64,000 nucleotides of DNA. Origin: Eledone cirrhosa (taxonomy: Eukaryota). The position numbers were made by a program, and so were the translations under genes. This document shows, piece by piece, positions 37,154 to 53,187 of this stretch (the stretch's first letter is position 1; each line of letters opens with the position of its first letter). The notes below the pieces were generated by a model. The model had not been told where the DNA came from. It searched no databases and saw nothing but the letters and a program-made list of their open reading frames with translations. The stretch spans positions 1,240,001 through 1,304,000 of the forward strand of contig OZ024751.1 in assembly GCA_964016885.1 (NCBI GenBank). The letters are read 5' to 3'.

Positions 37154-37615
37154 GATATATATATATATATATGATATATATATCCATCTCTCTCTCTCTC
37201 TATATATATATATACATACACACACACATTTATATATACCGAGCTGCAATAATCCATTATTTGCCAGAATCGACAGGGAGAACGAAATAATAAATACAAA
37301 TAAAAAAAGAAAAGGGAAAAGAAGAAAAGAAGCTAATGTTTCATGTACAGAATACTTCAAATTGTACTTTCTTTAGTTTCTATGTAATTATTTACCTCCC
37401 TTTCTAGCATCTTTGTATAAATGACTTCAGCTCCTCACGGATGCGCACACACGTGCGCCCCCCCCCACACATACAGACATAACCAAACAGAAACTTGTTG
37501 AAATATATTTCATTTTATTTATTTTTATATTAATAATAATAATGATAAATAGAGAATTCCTTTTTTCTTAATGTATTTATTTCTAAAAAGATATAGTCAC
37601 GTTCGATGTTCTTTA

Positions 37616-37707
<92 letters not shown>

Positions 37708-37835
37708 CTGTCTCTCTACTTTTGCAAAATACTACATAGAAATTGATGATAAAAGTGGAATATAAGAAATCTCCTATTATCCATATATATATATACACAT
37801 ACACATATGCTGGAACAGGTAAAAGAGTAAAAGAG

Positions 37836-37870
<35 letters not shown>

Positions 37871-38035
37871 CATATATGTATGTATATATGTGTATATATA
37901 TGTATATTTATATATATAATATATAATATATAATATATAATATATAATATATATATATATCAAGGGCCGTGCCCCACCATGGCCTCGTCGGCCGGAGCAG
38001 GTAAAAGAGTATATATATATATGTATATATGTATC

Positions 38036-38088
<53 letters not shown>

Positions 38089-39086
38089 GAATATAAAACA
38101 AAGGTAAAATCAAAAACAGGAAAAGGAGATAAAATAGTTGTGATCAACATGATAACGGTTGTCATATATTAATTTTCCTTGTAATCATTTATATAGCGTT
38201 GTTCCCGCACCACCAACATGATTCAACATCAGAAATGGATGAGTTACATAACGTAGAGTGATTTTCTCATATTACGTCATGATTAACATTGCAGAATGAC
38301 CAATTCTACCCAGTGGTAAGCCACCAAATTTTAAACGATGTAGTAATTTGAATTTATAAGTTTACCGTTACGCATGTATTTTGTATTTCTTATCAGTTTC
38401 TGATGAAATGATGGAGGTTGTATGTACTTTAAATTGAGTTATGCTGTCTTCAGTGTTTAGCAATTTCTAGACAACACTATCATGGAAACAATTGTTAGAC
38501 TGTAAATAAATCTCCTTGTTTGTACTGTTGACCATGTTATTCACTTTTTTTATTACTCCAAGATATATTTCCATAGGAATACAAGTGAAGTCATAAACTC
38601 GTCACCCACGTAAACCTCTTGTTGAGTCACACAGAACCGTACGCTTTAACTGTCCATGATAAGTAGTTTTCAAAGACTCTTATCGGATTACCTTTAACGA
38701 TTTATTGTTATCCTACATATATATACTTATACATACATAAATAAACATATACGCACACACATATGCATATATACATGCATATACATACATACATATTCAC
38801 ACACACACATACACACACACACACACGCGCGCGCGCGCATTGAAATCTATCCCCCAGTAAACGCCAGCAAGTTTTACGATTTTTTTACAACCAAGATGGT
38901 TCTCTAGAAAACACTACGTCTTTGTAAGAAGATAAAACGATATTTTAGCAATGTTAAAACGAGGCTCACTTAACATCGAATGAGTGATTGGTTCAGATAA
39001 TATCACTGACAAAACTAAACGAATACAAAATAAAACAAGTCAGTAAATATTTTGAAGATAATGATGTTGTTGTGGTTGTTATTGTT

Positions 39087-39552
39087 TGGGGCGAGAGGAA
39101 GCTGTTCCTGAAAGGAAGGGTGGAGGTGGCGAATGCGTACATCGCACCCGTCATCTGCTACCGCCTCACCATCGTCCCTTGCCCCGGACCAACTCTCACA
39201 AAAATGGAGCGCCTCCTCTTCCGCTTTTGGTGAAAGGGACGCGGTCCCATGGTCAGACGATCCATCTGCTGTCAACACCCGTTGCGTGGAGGACTGGGCA
39301 TGCCATGGCTGATGATGCGCAAACATGAGCTGAGGCTGCGACATCTCTGGTGCTTCCTTGACGGTGAACAGGTGTGGTCGCCGCCGTTCGATGGGCACGT
39401 TTTCCCACAGCTCGTTTCTTGACGGAGCTGCAATCCTGGGTCAGGAAAAGACCGAGAGATAGCGCTTGGAAACTGCACAAAACTACATCGTACCGTCCTG
39501 TGCCGTCTGTAATGTTTTTCTTGATGTCAGCCCTTGTGGCCAATAAAGAAAT
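39087..39552 (+). mobile_element. Tx1-like ORF2 fragment with internal deletion, ending in (ATT)n
   Basis: RKLFLKGRVEVANAYIAPVICYRLTIVPCP, then a jump to gcccttgtggccaataaagaaatc(att)n. A second 3' UTR stub lies at about 39640-39700. Confidence 0.85.
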
Positions 39553-39563
39553 CATTATTATTA

Positions 39564-39622
<59 letters not shown>

Positions 39623-40104
39623 TACACGTTATTTATTAAACTTCCACTGTCCCTGTCTATCGTAGTCCCCTATATGTAGGCCCTTGTGATCAATATAGAA
39701 ATAATAATAATAATAATAATAACTATTATTATTATTGTTGTTGTTGTTGTTGTTTTTGTTTAGTCCCCGATTATCCCTGATCTAACAGAGTTATGATCAA
39801 AGGCATTCTCTTTATCACCGTTAGTGCACCGGTTTAGTTTTTACTAGTATTTTGCTTTTGTATGACTCCAGTAAGTAATGTGCGTTTGCTTTATTTAAGA
39901 TGGTCGCTAGTTAGGATATGATTTGGAGGATATTTAACTACAATTTCTAGGTTGAACAGCAGCATAGAAGTTTCCAGGTCGCCTCATAAAGGCTGAATTG
40001 TACAATGTTGAGTTCAATTGGTGACGTCAAAGAGGTAACAGACGACCTCTGTTGCTTGTTTGTGGAATCAACAAGTTCAGTATTGCAATGAGTCTATCTA
40101 GTGC

Positions 40105-40545
40105 AAAGTTTTTAACACCTTGAAAACAACCCCCGTTTTGTAGAAAATGAAAAATAATTTGCTTTAAAATGCTTACATTCATCTAAGAAAGTTCTATCAT
40201 AATTTTATGTAAGATCCTAACCCTTTTAACACCTAACTGCTCGAAGCCGCCCCTGGTTTTAGAATACAGAGCAGTTTGTTTTAAAATATTTATGTTTATC
40301 TAAGAATTTTCCATCATCATTTTATGTAACAACATAACCCTTTTGATATCAAACCACCCTGAAACCACTTCTGGTTTTAGAATACAAAATAATTTGTTTT
40401 AAAATAATTATATTTATCTAAGAACTTTCCATCATAATTTTATGTTAAAAGATAACCCTTTTGGTATCAAACTCCCCTGAAACCACTATTGGTTTTATGA
40501 TACAAAATGGTTTTATGTTTATATTTATCTCAGAACTTTCCATAT
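40105..40545. repeat. Degenerate ~118-bp tandem repeat, 3-4 copies
   Basis: aaccctttt..gaaaccac..ggttttagaataca..tatctaagaa recurs at about 40219, 40336 and 40454. Confidence 0.75.
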
Positions 40546-40729
40546 GTAAGAACCTTTATTAAGTTATATTCCAAACACCAGATTAATAATGAGAAAGTTT
40601 GTTATATTACTAAATCCATCCCAATTCCTTACTATTTTCAAAATAATTATAAGGAGTTAATCCTTTTGTAACGATACAAGAGGTCCATAATATATCTATC
40701 GTTACTTTTAACTCTATAACTTCACCAAA

Positions 40730-40975
40730 TGTGTCCCATCCTGGCATTGATCTTGTGTATTCTTTCCCACTTCTTTGCATCTCTATTTATCTTTCACATC
40801 CTTTTCTTTTCTTTTCTTCCATCAACTTTGCTTCTTTATTATCATTCCTACCTGCCCTTCTCAACGTTTAGATATCGCCTGCTGTCATTCTTCATCTCTT
40901 TATATAACCCTTTTCTTCATGTTAGCCCTTGTGGCCAATAAAGAAACCATTATTATTATCATTATTATTAATATT
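40730..40975 (+). mobile_element. Tx1-like 3' UTR stub ending in (ATT)n
   Basis: Ends gcccttgtggccaataaagaaacc(att)n. Confidence 0.6.
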
Positions 40976-41021
40976 ATTTGTTTTTTCCCTCCTTGATTCT
41001 GTAGTTTGCGCTTTCTTCCCG

Positions 41022-42035
41022 CCATTGGTGTATTGTTGGTCTATGTCCCCTCCATTGGTGTGTTCTTGCTATATGTCCCCTTCATTGGTGTGTTGTTGGT
41101 GTATGTCCCCTCCATTGGTGCGTTGTTGGTTTATGTCCCCTCCATTGGTGTGTTGTTGCTGTATGTCCCCTCCATTGGTGTGTTGTTGGTTTATGTCCCC
41201 TTCATTGGTGTGTTCTTGCTGTATGTCCCCTGCATTGGTGCGTTGTTGGTTTATGTCCCCTTCATTGGTGTGTTCTTGCTGTATGTCCCCTCCATTGGTG
41301 CGTTGTTGGTTTATGTCCCCTCCATTGGTGTGTTGTTGCTGTATGTCCCCTCCATTGGTGTGTTGTTGCTGTATGTCCTCTCCCTCGGTGTGTTGTTGCT
41401 GTATGTCCCCTCCCTCGGTGTGTTGTTGCTGTATGTCGCCTCCATTGGTGTGTTGTTGGTTTATGTCCCCTTCATTGGTGTGTTGTTGGTTTATGTCCCC
41501 TCCATTGGTGCGTTGTTGCTGTATGTCCCCTCCATTTGTGTGTTGTTGGTTTATGTCCCCTCCCTTGGTGTGTTGTTGGTTTATGTCCCCTCCCTTGGTG
41601 GGTTGTTGGTTTATGTCCCCTCCCTTGGTGTGTTGTTGCTGTATGTACTCTCCATTGGTGCGTTGTTGCTGTATGTCCTCTCCATTGGTGCGTTGTTGGT
41701 TTATGTCCCCTCCATTGGTGCGTTGTTGGTTTATGTCCACTCCATTGGTGTGTTGTTGGTTTATGTCTCCTCCCTTGGTGTGTTGTTGCTGTATGTCCCC
41801 TCCCTTCGTGTGTTGTTGCTGTATGTCCTCTCCATTGGTGCGTTGTTGCTGTATGTCCAATCCATTGGTGCATTGTTGGTTTATGTCCCTTTCATTGGTA
41901 TGTTGTTGGTTTATGTCCCCTCCCTTGGTGTGTTGTTGCTGTATGTCCCCTCAATTGGTGCGTTGTTGGTTTATGTCCCCTCCATTGGTGTGTTGTTGGT
42001 TTATGTCCCCTCCCTTGGTGTGTTGTTGTTCTATG
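41022..42035. repeat. 30-bp minisatellite, about 34 copies
   Basis: Unit tgtcccctccattggtgtgttgttg(gtt/ctg)ta. Confidence 0.96.
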
Positions 42036-42142
42036 TTGTCAACAGTCAACAAACTAACAACAGACTCTTAACCTTATAGACACTCAAAGCAGACGTTGCA
42101 GGCAGTAGACGCTGTAGAGAGATATTTGAAGACGACGTCATA

Positions 42143-43990
42143 TGTAAACACTGCTGGGAAACATTGGTAGACACCACATGTAGACACTGCAGGAAAACAT
42201 TGGTAGACACAACATGTAGACACTGCAGGGAAACATTGGTAAACACAACATGTAGACACTGCAAGGAAACATTGGTAGACACAACATGTAGACACTGCAA
42301 GGAAACATTGGTAGACACCACATGTAGACACTGCAGAGAAACATTGGTAGACACAACATGTAGACACTGCAGGGAAACATTGGTAGACACAACATGTAAA
42401 CACTGCAGGGAAACATTGGTAGACACAACATGTAAACACTGCAGGGAAACATTGGTAGACACCACATGTAGACACTGCAGAGAAACATTGGTAGACACAA
42501 CATGTAGACACTGCAGGGAAACATTGGTAGACACAACATGTAGACACTGCTGGGAAACATTGGTAGACACAACATGTAGACACTGCAGGGAAACATTGGT
42601 AGACACAACATGTAGACACTGCAGAGAAACATTGGTAGACACAACATGTAGACACTGCAGGGAAACATTGGTAGACACAACATGTAGACACTGCTGGGAA
42701 ACATTGGTAGACACAACATGTAGACACTGCAGGGAAACATTGGTAGACACAACATGTAGACACTGCAAGGAAACATTGGTAGACACAACATGTAAACACT
42801 GCAGGGAAACATTGGTAGACACAACATGTAGACACTGCAAGGAAACATTGGTAGACACAACATGTAGACACTGCAAGGAAACATTGGTAGACACAACATG
42901 TAGACACTGCAAGGAAACTTTGGTAGACACCACATGTAGACACTGCAGAGAAACATTGGTAGACACAACATGTAGACACTGCAAGGAAACATTGGTAGAC
43001 ACCACATGTAGACACTGCAGAGAAACATTGGTAGACACAACATGTAGACACTGCAAGGAAACATTGGTAGACACAACATGTAGACACTGCAGGGAAACAT
43101 TGGTAGACACAACATGTAGACACTGCAAGGAAACTTTGGTAGACACAACATGTAGACACTGCAGGGAAACATTGGTAGACACAACATGTAGATACTTCAG
43201 GGAAACATTGGTAGACACCACATGTAAACACTGCAGGGAAACATTGGTAGACACAACATGTAGACACTGCAGAGAAACATTGGTAGACACAACATGTAGA
43301 CACTGCAGGGAAACATTGGTAGACACAACATGTAGACACTGCTGGGAAACATTGGTAGACACAACATGTAGACACTGCAGGGAAACATTGGTAGACACAA
43401 CATGTAGACACTGCAAGGAAACATTGGTAGACACAACATGTAAACACTGCAGGGAAACATTGGTAGACACAACATGTAGACACTGCAGAGAAACATTGGT
43501 AGACACAACATGTAGACACTGTAAGGAAACATTGGTAGACACCACATGTAGACACTGCAGAGAAATATTGGTAGACACAACATGTAGACACTGCAAGGAA
43601 ACATTAGTAGACACAACATGTAGACACTGAAGGGAAACATTGGTAGACACAACATGTAGACACTGCAGGGAAACATTGGTAGACACAACATGTAGACACT
43701 GCAAGGAAACATTGGTAGACACAACATGCAGACACTGCAGAGAAACATTGGTAGACACAACATGTAGACACTGCAAGGAAACTTTGGTAGACACAACATG
43801 TAGACACTGCAGAGAAACATTGGTAGACACAACATGTAGACACTGCTGGGAAACATTGGCAGATACAACATGTAGACACTGCTGGGAAACATTGGTAGAC
43901 ACAACATGTAGATACCGCAAGGAAACATTGGTAGACACAACATGTAGACCTATCTGCGAAACATTTGTAGACGATACCACATGTAGACAC
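42143..43990. repeat. 36-bp minisatellite, about 51 copies
   Basis: Unit tgtagacactgcagggaaacattggtagacacaaca. Confidence 0.97.
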
Positions 43991-44512
43991 ATCTAGGAGA
44001 TAATTATAGACGATATCACATGTAGACATTTTGTAAATATGCCAAGCAAACATGTAGGATTGTCTTAGTCGATACTATTATTATATAAAAGGTTCTGTTG
44101 CCAGCAGAGAAACTGACAGCGGCAGTACACACTCTAAGTAGACATTGCAAGGAGACATTGTAGAAGATATGACAAGTTGACACTGTAAATGTACCAAACA
44201 AATGTAGATTATTAATATAGACTTGTCTAGAGAGACACTGTGGTAAAGATTCTGGTGGATCCTCCGTCAGTTTCGACAATGAGCCTTCTTGTGTTTGATG
44301 AACAGAATATCTGTCTTCATTAGATTGAGGTCTAAGTGGCTGAGTATTCCACAGACTTATGTACATTTAACGTAATTCTCGGAAAGATTCTGATAAATGC
44401 GAAAAGCTGTATACACTAGAGTAGACAGATATATACTAAAGTAGACAGATATATTTTAAAGTTAGCAATTATATATAGTAGAGTAGATAGATGCATACTG
44501 CGGTGTGAAGGG

Positions 44513-44562
<50 letters not shown>

Positions 44563-44626
44563 TTAACTCGTCTTATGGAATGAGTGGTCTAACCCTTGGA
44601 TATTTATGCCAAATTTGTACTACAGC

Positions 44627-44686
<60 letters not shown>

Positions 44687-44959
44687 CAAGGACGATTTGT
44701 TAAGCCTTCATTATGTTTATTGATTGGTGACGCGCGTTTTGCTATTGATCAGCTCACGGTTCGATCTGTATCGATCTGTCCCGACTCTGGAATCAAAATT
44801 TCGTCGGGCCTCTGCTGTTGAAATGACAGAACGAACATATAAAGCATAGAAATGTCTGTAACGTTTCGCATTCATATGGTTGGCAATTTATGTTGTTTCG
44901 ATTGGTGGTTTAGCTATGAGGAATGTTTTGGTATGTGTAATAGGTATGTGAGCATAGTG

Positions 44960-45078
44960 ACGAGTTGGTGCGTACGGAAACCTCTTGTCGACTCAAACAA
45001 CGCCGTACGCTAAAACTATCCACAATAAGAAATATTCACAACCTCTAACTGGATTACCTATAACGATATTTTGTTATC

Positions 45079-45083
<5 letters not shown>
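44960..45083 (+). repeat. Dispersed repeat (diverged copy at about 38605-38715), probable old PLE 3' end
   Basis: Shared aaacctcttgt-ga-tca..ccgtacgct..ggattacct-taacgat..ttgttatcc, followed by (TA)n. Confidence 0.55.
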
Positions 45084-45138
<55 letters not shown>

Positions 45139-45313
45139 GATATTAACAAATGGAAACTATATTTATAAAACCATATTTATTTCATTATACATATTTCAAG
45201 GACACCAAATTAAATTATGGTGTGCTTTCATCAGACAAAATATAATATAGATCAGTTTTATAAATAAATATTGACATACTCTTAAAAATGCAACCATTAC
45301 TGTTGGAAGCTCC

Positions 45314-45363
<50 letters not shown>

Positions 45364-45378
45364 TATACATATATATAC

Positions 45379-45537
<159 letters not shown>

Positions 45538-46194
45538 ACCGAGTAGTACTGCGAGGCAGGTATGTAGTGTGTGTACTAAAAGAATTCCTATAGTTTCACT
45601 AATGTGAACCACATAGAATAAGACCCCTCCCCAACAGCTCCCCAGCTCAGTTTAAGCCTAACGAGACAACTATGAGGCAGCTATTGATTTATTTATCATT
45701 CTATTTTCGATGTTGGTATATTAATAAACTGAATAATAACACCCTCCTTGTAGTTACTGCGTCGCTAAAACTATCAGTCACTACACGGAAAACAAAACCA
45801 CACACTGGACAACTGTCAGCAACATATGCCTTTATAAAGTTTTTCTTTGTTTAGTTAGACATAGGCTTGGGCAAAATGTTTTGTCTCTAATGAATCGTTG
45901 CTATCACTTAAGTATAATATATATATATATAATACTTAATTGCGAAATTCGTATAGTGAGAGAATATGCTCCGAAATCATTAGACGTGTCCGTCGAACCT
46001 GCGGGTCCAGATTCGGACAGATCCAACAATGATCGCGTCTCGAACTGTCCGCCGGGGAAACAATTGTAACACACAATAAATTGAGTTCAGATGTATCACT
46101 GATTTTTCGTTTTCTATTCTATCATACTCTGCTCTGTAAGAGCATAGAATACTCAACCGGCATACCGCCTATGGAAGCATCTTAGCTACCATCA

Positions 46195-46256
<62 letters not shown>

Positions 46257-46261
46257 ATAAT

Positions 46262-46449
46262 AATTGTTTCTACTATTGGCACAAGGCCAGCAATTACCTA
46301 GTACATACTGGTACTTTATTTTATCGACCCCGTAAGGATGAAAGGCAAAGTTAACTTCGGCGGGATTTGAACTCAGAATGGCAAGGGCCGTAACTCTATG
46401 CGTCAAAGCATGGCGTCCGACCCTCTACCGATACTGCCAATTCACCGCC
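46262..46449 (-). mobile_element. ATT-tailed SINE (a truncated copy lies at 46708-46815)
   Basis: Same family as 12429-12615. Confidence 0.85.
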
Positions 46450-48236
46450 CTATATATAGTAATAATAATAGTAATAATAATAGTAATAATAAATGCGAAG
46501 ACAAAAATTCGAAGATGTTTTTAGAGTTTTCACCCGGAAGCATCGATTTTTTGCTTAAACTTTGATCTGTTCTTATAATATATATATATACTGAAGGATA
46601 ACACACTCTCTCACACAATCTCTCACACACGCTCTCTCACAACCTCACACACATACACACACACACTCTCTCTCTCTCTCTCACACACATACATTCTAAT
46701 AACATTTAATTGTTTCTATTTTTAGGCACAAGGCCAGCAAATACCCAGTGCATTACTGGTACTTTATTTTATCGACCCCGTAAGGATGAAAGGCAAAGTC
46801 AACCTCGGCGGGATTCTAATTACATTCTAATTACATTTAATGCGATGTAGTTCGATATGATTAGTTATATAGTCTATCTAATATATAACACATACAAATA
46901 CGTGCTACAGTTATCATCATGTTGTAGACATCACTTCGCCATACAATCCCATACTGCAATTACGTTTAGCCATATAATATGGGATAATATTCAATAAATT
47001 TAACCGACAACATATGACATAATTCGTCAATATACGATAATATTTGATGAATGTAACCCACATCATATTATGCCCCGAATTTTATAATGTAACTATTCTT
47101 AGTTTTAACTGATGTGCTAGCATCCAGCAACATTAACCTAGAGAATAACATACCCCGGATTCTATGACATAATTCACTCCCAGTTTTAAAATATATGATA
47201 ATATTTGATGAATGTAACCTGCAACATTGCAAGCCACGAATTATATAATACGAATTCTATAATTCTTTTAGTGTTAAAATGTTTAGTAACATCCTGTACG
47301 TTTAATGTACAACATAATACGCCCCAGTTAATCCAAGTATTAAACTATTTGATAATATCTATTCACTTTAACCTACAGTATACCATGCCATGAATTCTAT
47401 ATTACAATTACAGTGTTAAAATATGAGGTCAGCAATTTTAACCCACAAAATCACATGCCTCGAATATTATACTAAAACGACTCTTAGTCATAAATTCCTT
47501 GATAGCATCTAGCAACTTTAACCTACAATATTAATTATTTCATCTAGCAACTTTAACCTAGCAACTTTAACCTACAATAATTTCATCTAGCAACTTTAAC
47601 CTACAATATTAATTATTTCATAACATCCACTACGTTTAACTTGCAACATTACATGACTTGAATTGTTTAAAGTTATTACATATAATGTATAATAACTTTA
47701 AACAACAAAATTAAATGGAACGAATTGTATGATATAGTAACTCTTAGTCTTAAATTATTTGATAATAATATCCAGTAAATTTAAACATACAACGTTACAT
47801 GCCCTGAATTCTGAATTCTCTAATAACGTATGTAAACTCTGACATACTTTCTAGCCGTGCCCACCACCCAATGATATACATCGATTGTACAATCCCTCTC
47901 TATACACTATACCTTATTTCTATAAGATAGCTTGGTGTCACTAGATTACTTCCAGTTTCACTTTCACATATCAAGCTGACATATTTAACGTCATATTACA
48001 TATTCTTCACACAGCGTTATTCTTCAAGCTCTAAAACTCTCTCTATATATGTTACAACAAAAATAAGCTTCAGCTTTGTTTGAACAATTGATCAGTATTT
48101 CAGAGGATCGATCTCAGTCAGATCCAATGTCACCTTTTATAGATTTTAAAACATCTTCAACATTTAAAGTGCATACGTACGTAAGTAGGTAGGTTCGTAC
48201 ATACATAGAGATGCGTACATGCGTGTATGCATATAC

Positions 48237-48710
48237 GTATGTATGTATGTATGTATGTATGAATGTATGTATGTATGCATATACGTATGTATGTATGTAT
48301 GTATGTATGAATGTATGAATGTACGTATGTATGTATGTATGTATGTATGTATGTATGTATGTATGTATGTATGTATGTATGTATGTATGTATGTATGAAT
48401 GTATGTATGTATGTATGTATGTATGTATGTATGTATGTATGAATGTATGAATGTATGTATGTATGTATGAATGTATGTATGTATGAATGTATGTATGTAT
48501 GTATGTATGTATGTATGTATGTATGTATGTATGAATGTATGTATGAATGTATGTATGTATGTATGTATGTATGTATGTATGTATGTATGTATGAATGTAT
48601 GTATGTATGAATGTATGTATGTATGAATGTATGTATGTATGTATGAATGTATGTATGAATGTATGTATGAATATATGTATGTATGTATGTATGAATGTAT
48701 GTATGTCTGT
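48237..48710. repeat. (ATGT)n/(ATGA) compound microsatellite
   Basis: Direct reading. Confidence 0.95.
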
Positions 48711-49232
48711 ATGTATATATATGTGTGTATTTATGTATCTTTGTATGAATGTATGCGTGTGCTAGTATAAACGTATATATATAAATGCATACACACAAAC
48801 ACACACACATTTATATATATATACAGACCCACACATACACAAACATTCTCACACACACACTTATATATATATGTATATGTGTATATATACCCACACATAC
48901 ACACATACAACACACGTGTGTATGTATGTGTGTATGTATGTGTGTGCGCGATGCTGGTGTTGTTTCAAACACTTAAGGGAGAATATTTTTTTCCAGCTGA
49001 TAAATTTCACTAGAGTTCGATTTAGAAATAATTCTATTGACGTTTGGCCTTAAAATGAATCTTATTGTGGTATTTATGTTAATGCTGCCTGAACTCTATA
49101 GTCTACAGTTTATTTTTTATTTTCAATGATAAAATCTGGAGTTATATCTTTCATATTTCCTTTGAAATAGAGATTGTAAGTAAGAAAGCGGACGATAAAA
49201 ATATAAGAATATATATATATGTATATAAATAG

Positions 49233-49306
<74 letters not shown>

Positions 49307-49323
49307 TATATATATACATAATG

Positions 49324-49354
<31 letters not shown>

Positions 49355-49510
49355 AATTTTATAGATCATGTTCAACTAAGGATGATATATAGATATAGTA
49401 GAGACTCCAAAATGACATTGCATTTCATATAACTGAAATATATTCACATAACATAACCAGACAAACATACCTCTAGAGTCTATATTGTAAGACAGGGAAG
49501 ATGGAATTGG

Positions 49511-49579
<69 letters not shown>

Positions 49580-49897
49580 GTATACATAAAATATATTATC
49601 TATGAAGCTATCAATGTAATTTCTTTTCCTTTTACCCTAGCTTGTCTTCTCATCTGATGTTTCTCGCAGAACACGACCTCTTGCTATCTCCTCATGTATT
49701 ATCATTTAATAAAATAACTCAGCCGAATTTGCAAGAGGTTGCATATATATTTATAAATATATATTGACAATCGCCACCGACGAATGCGAGAAATCTCCCC
49801 ACCGAAGTTAACAAAGAACTTACTAGATCTACAATTTTATAATACTATAAAATTAAGTTGTTTAGAACTACAAGTGATGTCATTCTTTTCCTTTTTT

Positions 49898-49961
<64 letters not shown>

Positions 49962-50274
49962 TATATATAGAACAAGGGTTGCTAACCCTATTATCAGCCA
50001 TACAATTGTCCTATGTAATACTACCTATATTCTCCGGAAGATCACACGTGTAGACTCTCTCGTAATTCTACAGAGATCTCTTAATTACTTACATAATATA
50101 AACTTCCGGGATGATAAGTCAGATTTCAATTTTACCTTTGACAGAGTCAAAAGCAATATTTTATATTTTTATATTCGATATTATCGTTGGTGTTTGCATA
50201 ATTAATGCGAACACAAGTTTTGTCAAAATATATCATTATATATATACACACACACGCACATATAATGTGAGTGC

Positions 50275-50306
<32 letters not shown>

Positions 50307-52044
50307 GTTGGTGTTACAATCAACCATATCAAGAGATGCTAGTTGGCCTTCTTGGTTTTAAGAGTTTTATTATTCAAGTGAATCGGATTAGTATTGGGCC
50401 TTAGATGGATTGATGGAAATCTTTTGATATGGTCTCCGTGACACTGAATTGTTCGGGAAAATAGTTTCATAATTGGTTGTGTTAGAGTTGGTGGCTGAAT
50501 CCTTATTTTAGACTCTTATTACGACGCGACAAAAATATCAATGAAGAATTTTCCGGATTGGAAGGTTCATAGACCGAATTTGAAAAATTCTTTAACATAA
50601 AAGAAACCTTTCTCGTATCGTGTCTATTAAAACAAACCAGTGCTGGTTTGTTAATGACCCTTTAATTTCTCGGAATACACAGGAAAAGCGTTTAAAAGCA
50701 TTATAAAAAAATCGTTGAAAGGAAGCGTTTTTGAAATAAAATCACATTTCCATTGAACAACGTTTGGATCACAAATATTTCGAAAGAGAATTTTGTTTGA
50801 TTAATCTTCATTAATCAAAACTCTATTGTCACAAATTAATTTTCAAAGTATCGAAATTTGGTGTATATATATATATATATAACCAAGAAAAATTTTAGTC
50901 GAGAATAAAATTTAAAATAAAAAAAAAACAAAAAACGAAAAGACACGATAATGTCTCCAGATTGTAAAATTGAATTTTTTATTTTTCCAAGTCAACTTTC
51001 AGTTTTATATTACTGATAGAAACAACAGGTTTAACTGTTTCGATGAAAATGGGAACCGTTTGCACGGATCAAATATGTCTATGATAATTACAAATTTGTT
51101 TTAATTATCGAAAGTAAACAATTATTGTTTTTTGGTATAATTCTTGTAAACGAAATGTGGATGACAACATTTGCCCCAGAATTTAGATTCAGAATACACA
51201 CATGCGTAGATACATATGTTTGAAAATAAACTTAAATTGCTATCCACAGTCAGAACTCCTGAACTGAAGTGCTTTTCTAGATTTCCATAAACACATTCAG
51301 ACAGTAAAATATGAAATGTTTCTCGTAGTTTCGGATTAATCCGTTAGGATTGATGTCAGGGGAATATATATAAATATATAAATTCCATAGGAAGTAAGAA
51401 TCAAATATAAATGCAAGGTGAGGGTGTAATCTCATTTATTCCCAGACGATGCACTCTTTTACTAGTAGATCTCATCCAAAATGGACGTAGTTGAATAGAA
51501 GCATTCGATAAACTATTGTCTTAGAAAGCGTGGTATTTTTATGGTATTGTTAGGTAACTTTCACTTTCACATTGGTTGGTTTTAGGTCGTCTATTTTGTT
51601 TCTCGTTTAGAAATTCATATAAACCAAACAGGCTGAAGCGAAATTCTTTCTGTTTTGTTTTCAGTTGTAAGTTAGGGTAAATAGTCCTTTTTATCCAGGG
51701 TAGTATGCCTTAAAACTCATATCTATTTAATATACGACGGCTCGATTTCGAGTAATGCTATCGTTTGACACCTTAGCACAAGCAGCACGGACGTGGCTTT
51801 TTAGTCCCGTTAGGGACTTACACACTCTTCCATAGACGCAGCTTTTTAACTTCTTAACTTGTTAAAAACTATTTTAAGCATTTAACACATAAATACATAC
51901 ATACATACAAACAAAGACACACGAATATATATTTATATATACATATACTTACTCGCGCACACATTTTTTTATAAATAGATATGCATATTTATATAATTAT
52001 GAATGTAAATATGAATGAATGTATGTATGTACGTCCGTAACATA

Positions 52045-52176
<132 letters not shown>

Positions 52177-53071
52177 GTAATAATAGTAAATATATAATCA
52201 TAATATATATAGTGTCTACATTACATATAATTATTAATTAGTGTTTACATGATTATCTCCCCCTGCTAGGGTTAACAGACTGTTACTGCCTACATAATAT
52301 ATTTTATTTTACTCTTAACCTTATTATCTGCCCCTGGTAGAGTCTAACTTAAATAAACCATTATTCTCTACGTAATATATATTATTTTCGCGGTTATTTT
52401 ATTATCTCCCCTTCCTAGAGTCTAACTTAGATAGACAATTACTGTCCATTTCCAGTTAATGTGCTTGTTATGTAGTATTATATATACTTTTAAATTCCAG
52501 TAACGTATTGGGGTCGATTTAATCAACTTTCCCTTCCTCCAAAACCATGCTAGGGTCTTATTTAGACCGTTACACTCTACATAATATATTTTCAGTCAGC
52601 ATCTATATTACGTATTATTGCTTTAGTGTACAGTTGTGGTGAGCCACATATATTCTAACCATTAGAAAAAGAAAATGAATTATTCACCATTGATGGAGAG
52701 ATGACACAAGGCGAAGATTTTAGTCGCTCTACTATTTTCAGGTTTAGTGTCTACTTTATAATTCTGTTAGTATCTGATTTAATCCCAGTCTTTCATCTGT
52801 ATTCTGTAAACTGTGAGTATTTTGTTTAGAATAGGTACACAGTAATGCTGCATGTTATAAGAGGTCAACACAATAATGGCGTCCTACTATAAAACATTGC
52901 CTCCCCTTAAGGCCTCCATGATGAGTCTGGTTAAGCCAGTGTTAGCCGTAAAATAGCCTTATAATGCTTTAGAGGGTTATAGTATAGTGTGTACTATCAA
53001 AATATAACTATCCACTTTACCAATTCCTAACCATTGTCTACATACAGTAGAGTTCTCATCGCCCCAGCCCA

Positions 53072-53187
53072 TCTTCTTCTTCTTCTTCTTCTTCTTCTTC
53101 TTCTTCTTCTTCTTCTTCTTCTTCTTCTTCTTCTTCTTCTTCTTCTTCTTCTTCTTCTTCTTCTTCTTCTTCTTCTTCTTCTTCTTC
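53072..53187. repeat. (CTT)n microsatellite
   Basis: Direct reading. Confidence 0.95.

Noticed and set aside
42143-43990. 36-bp repeats as a CRISPR array
   Set aside because: Units are contiguous with no unique spacers, the context is eukaryotic and there are no cas genes.
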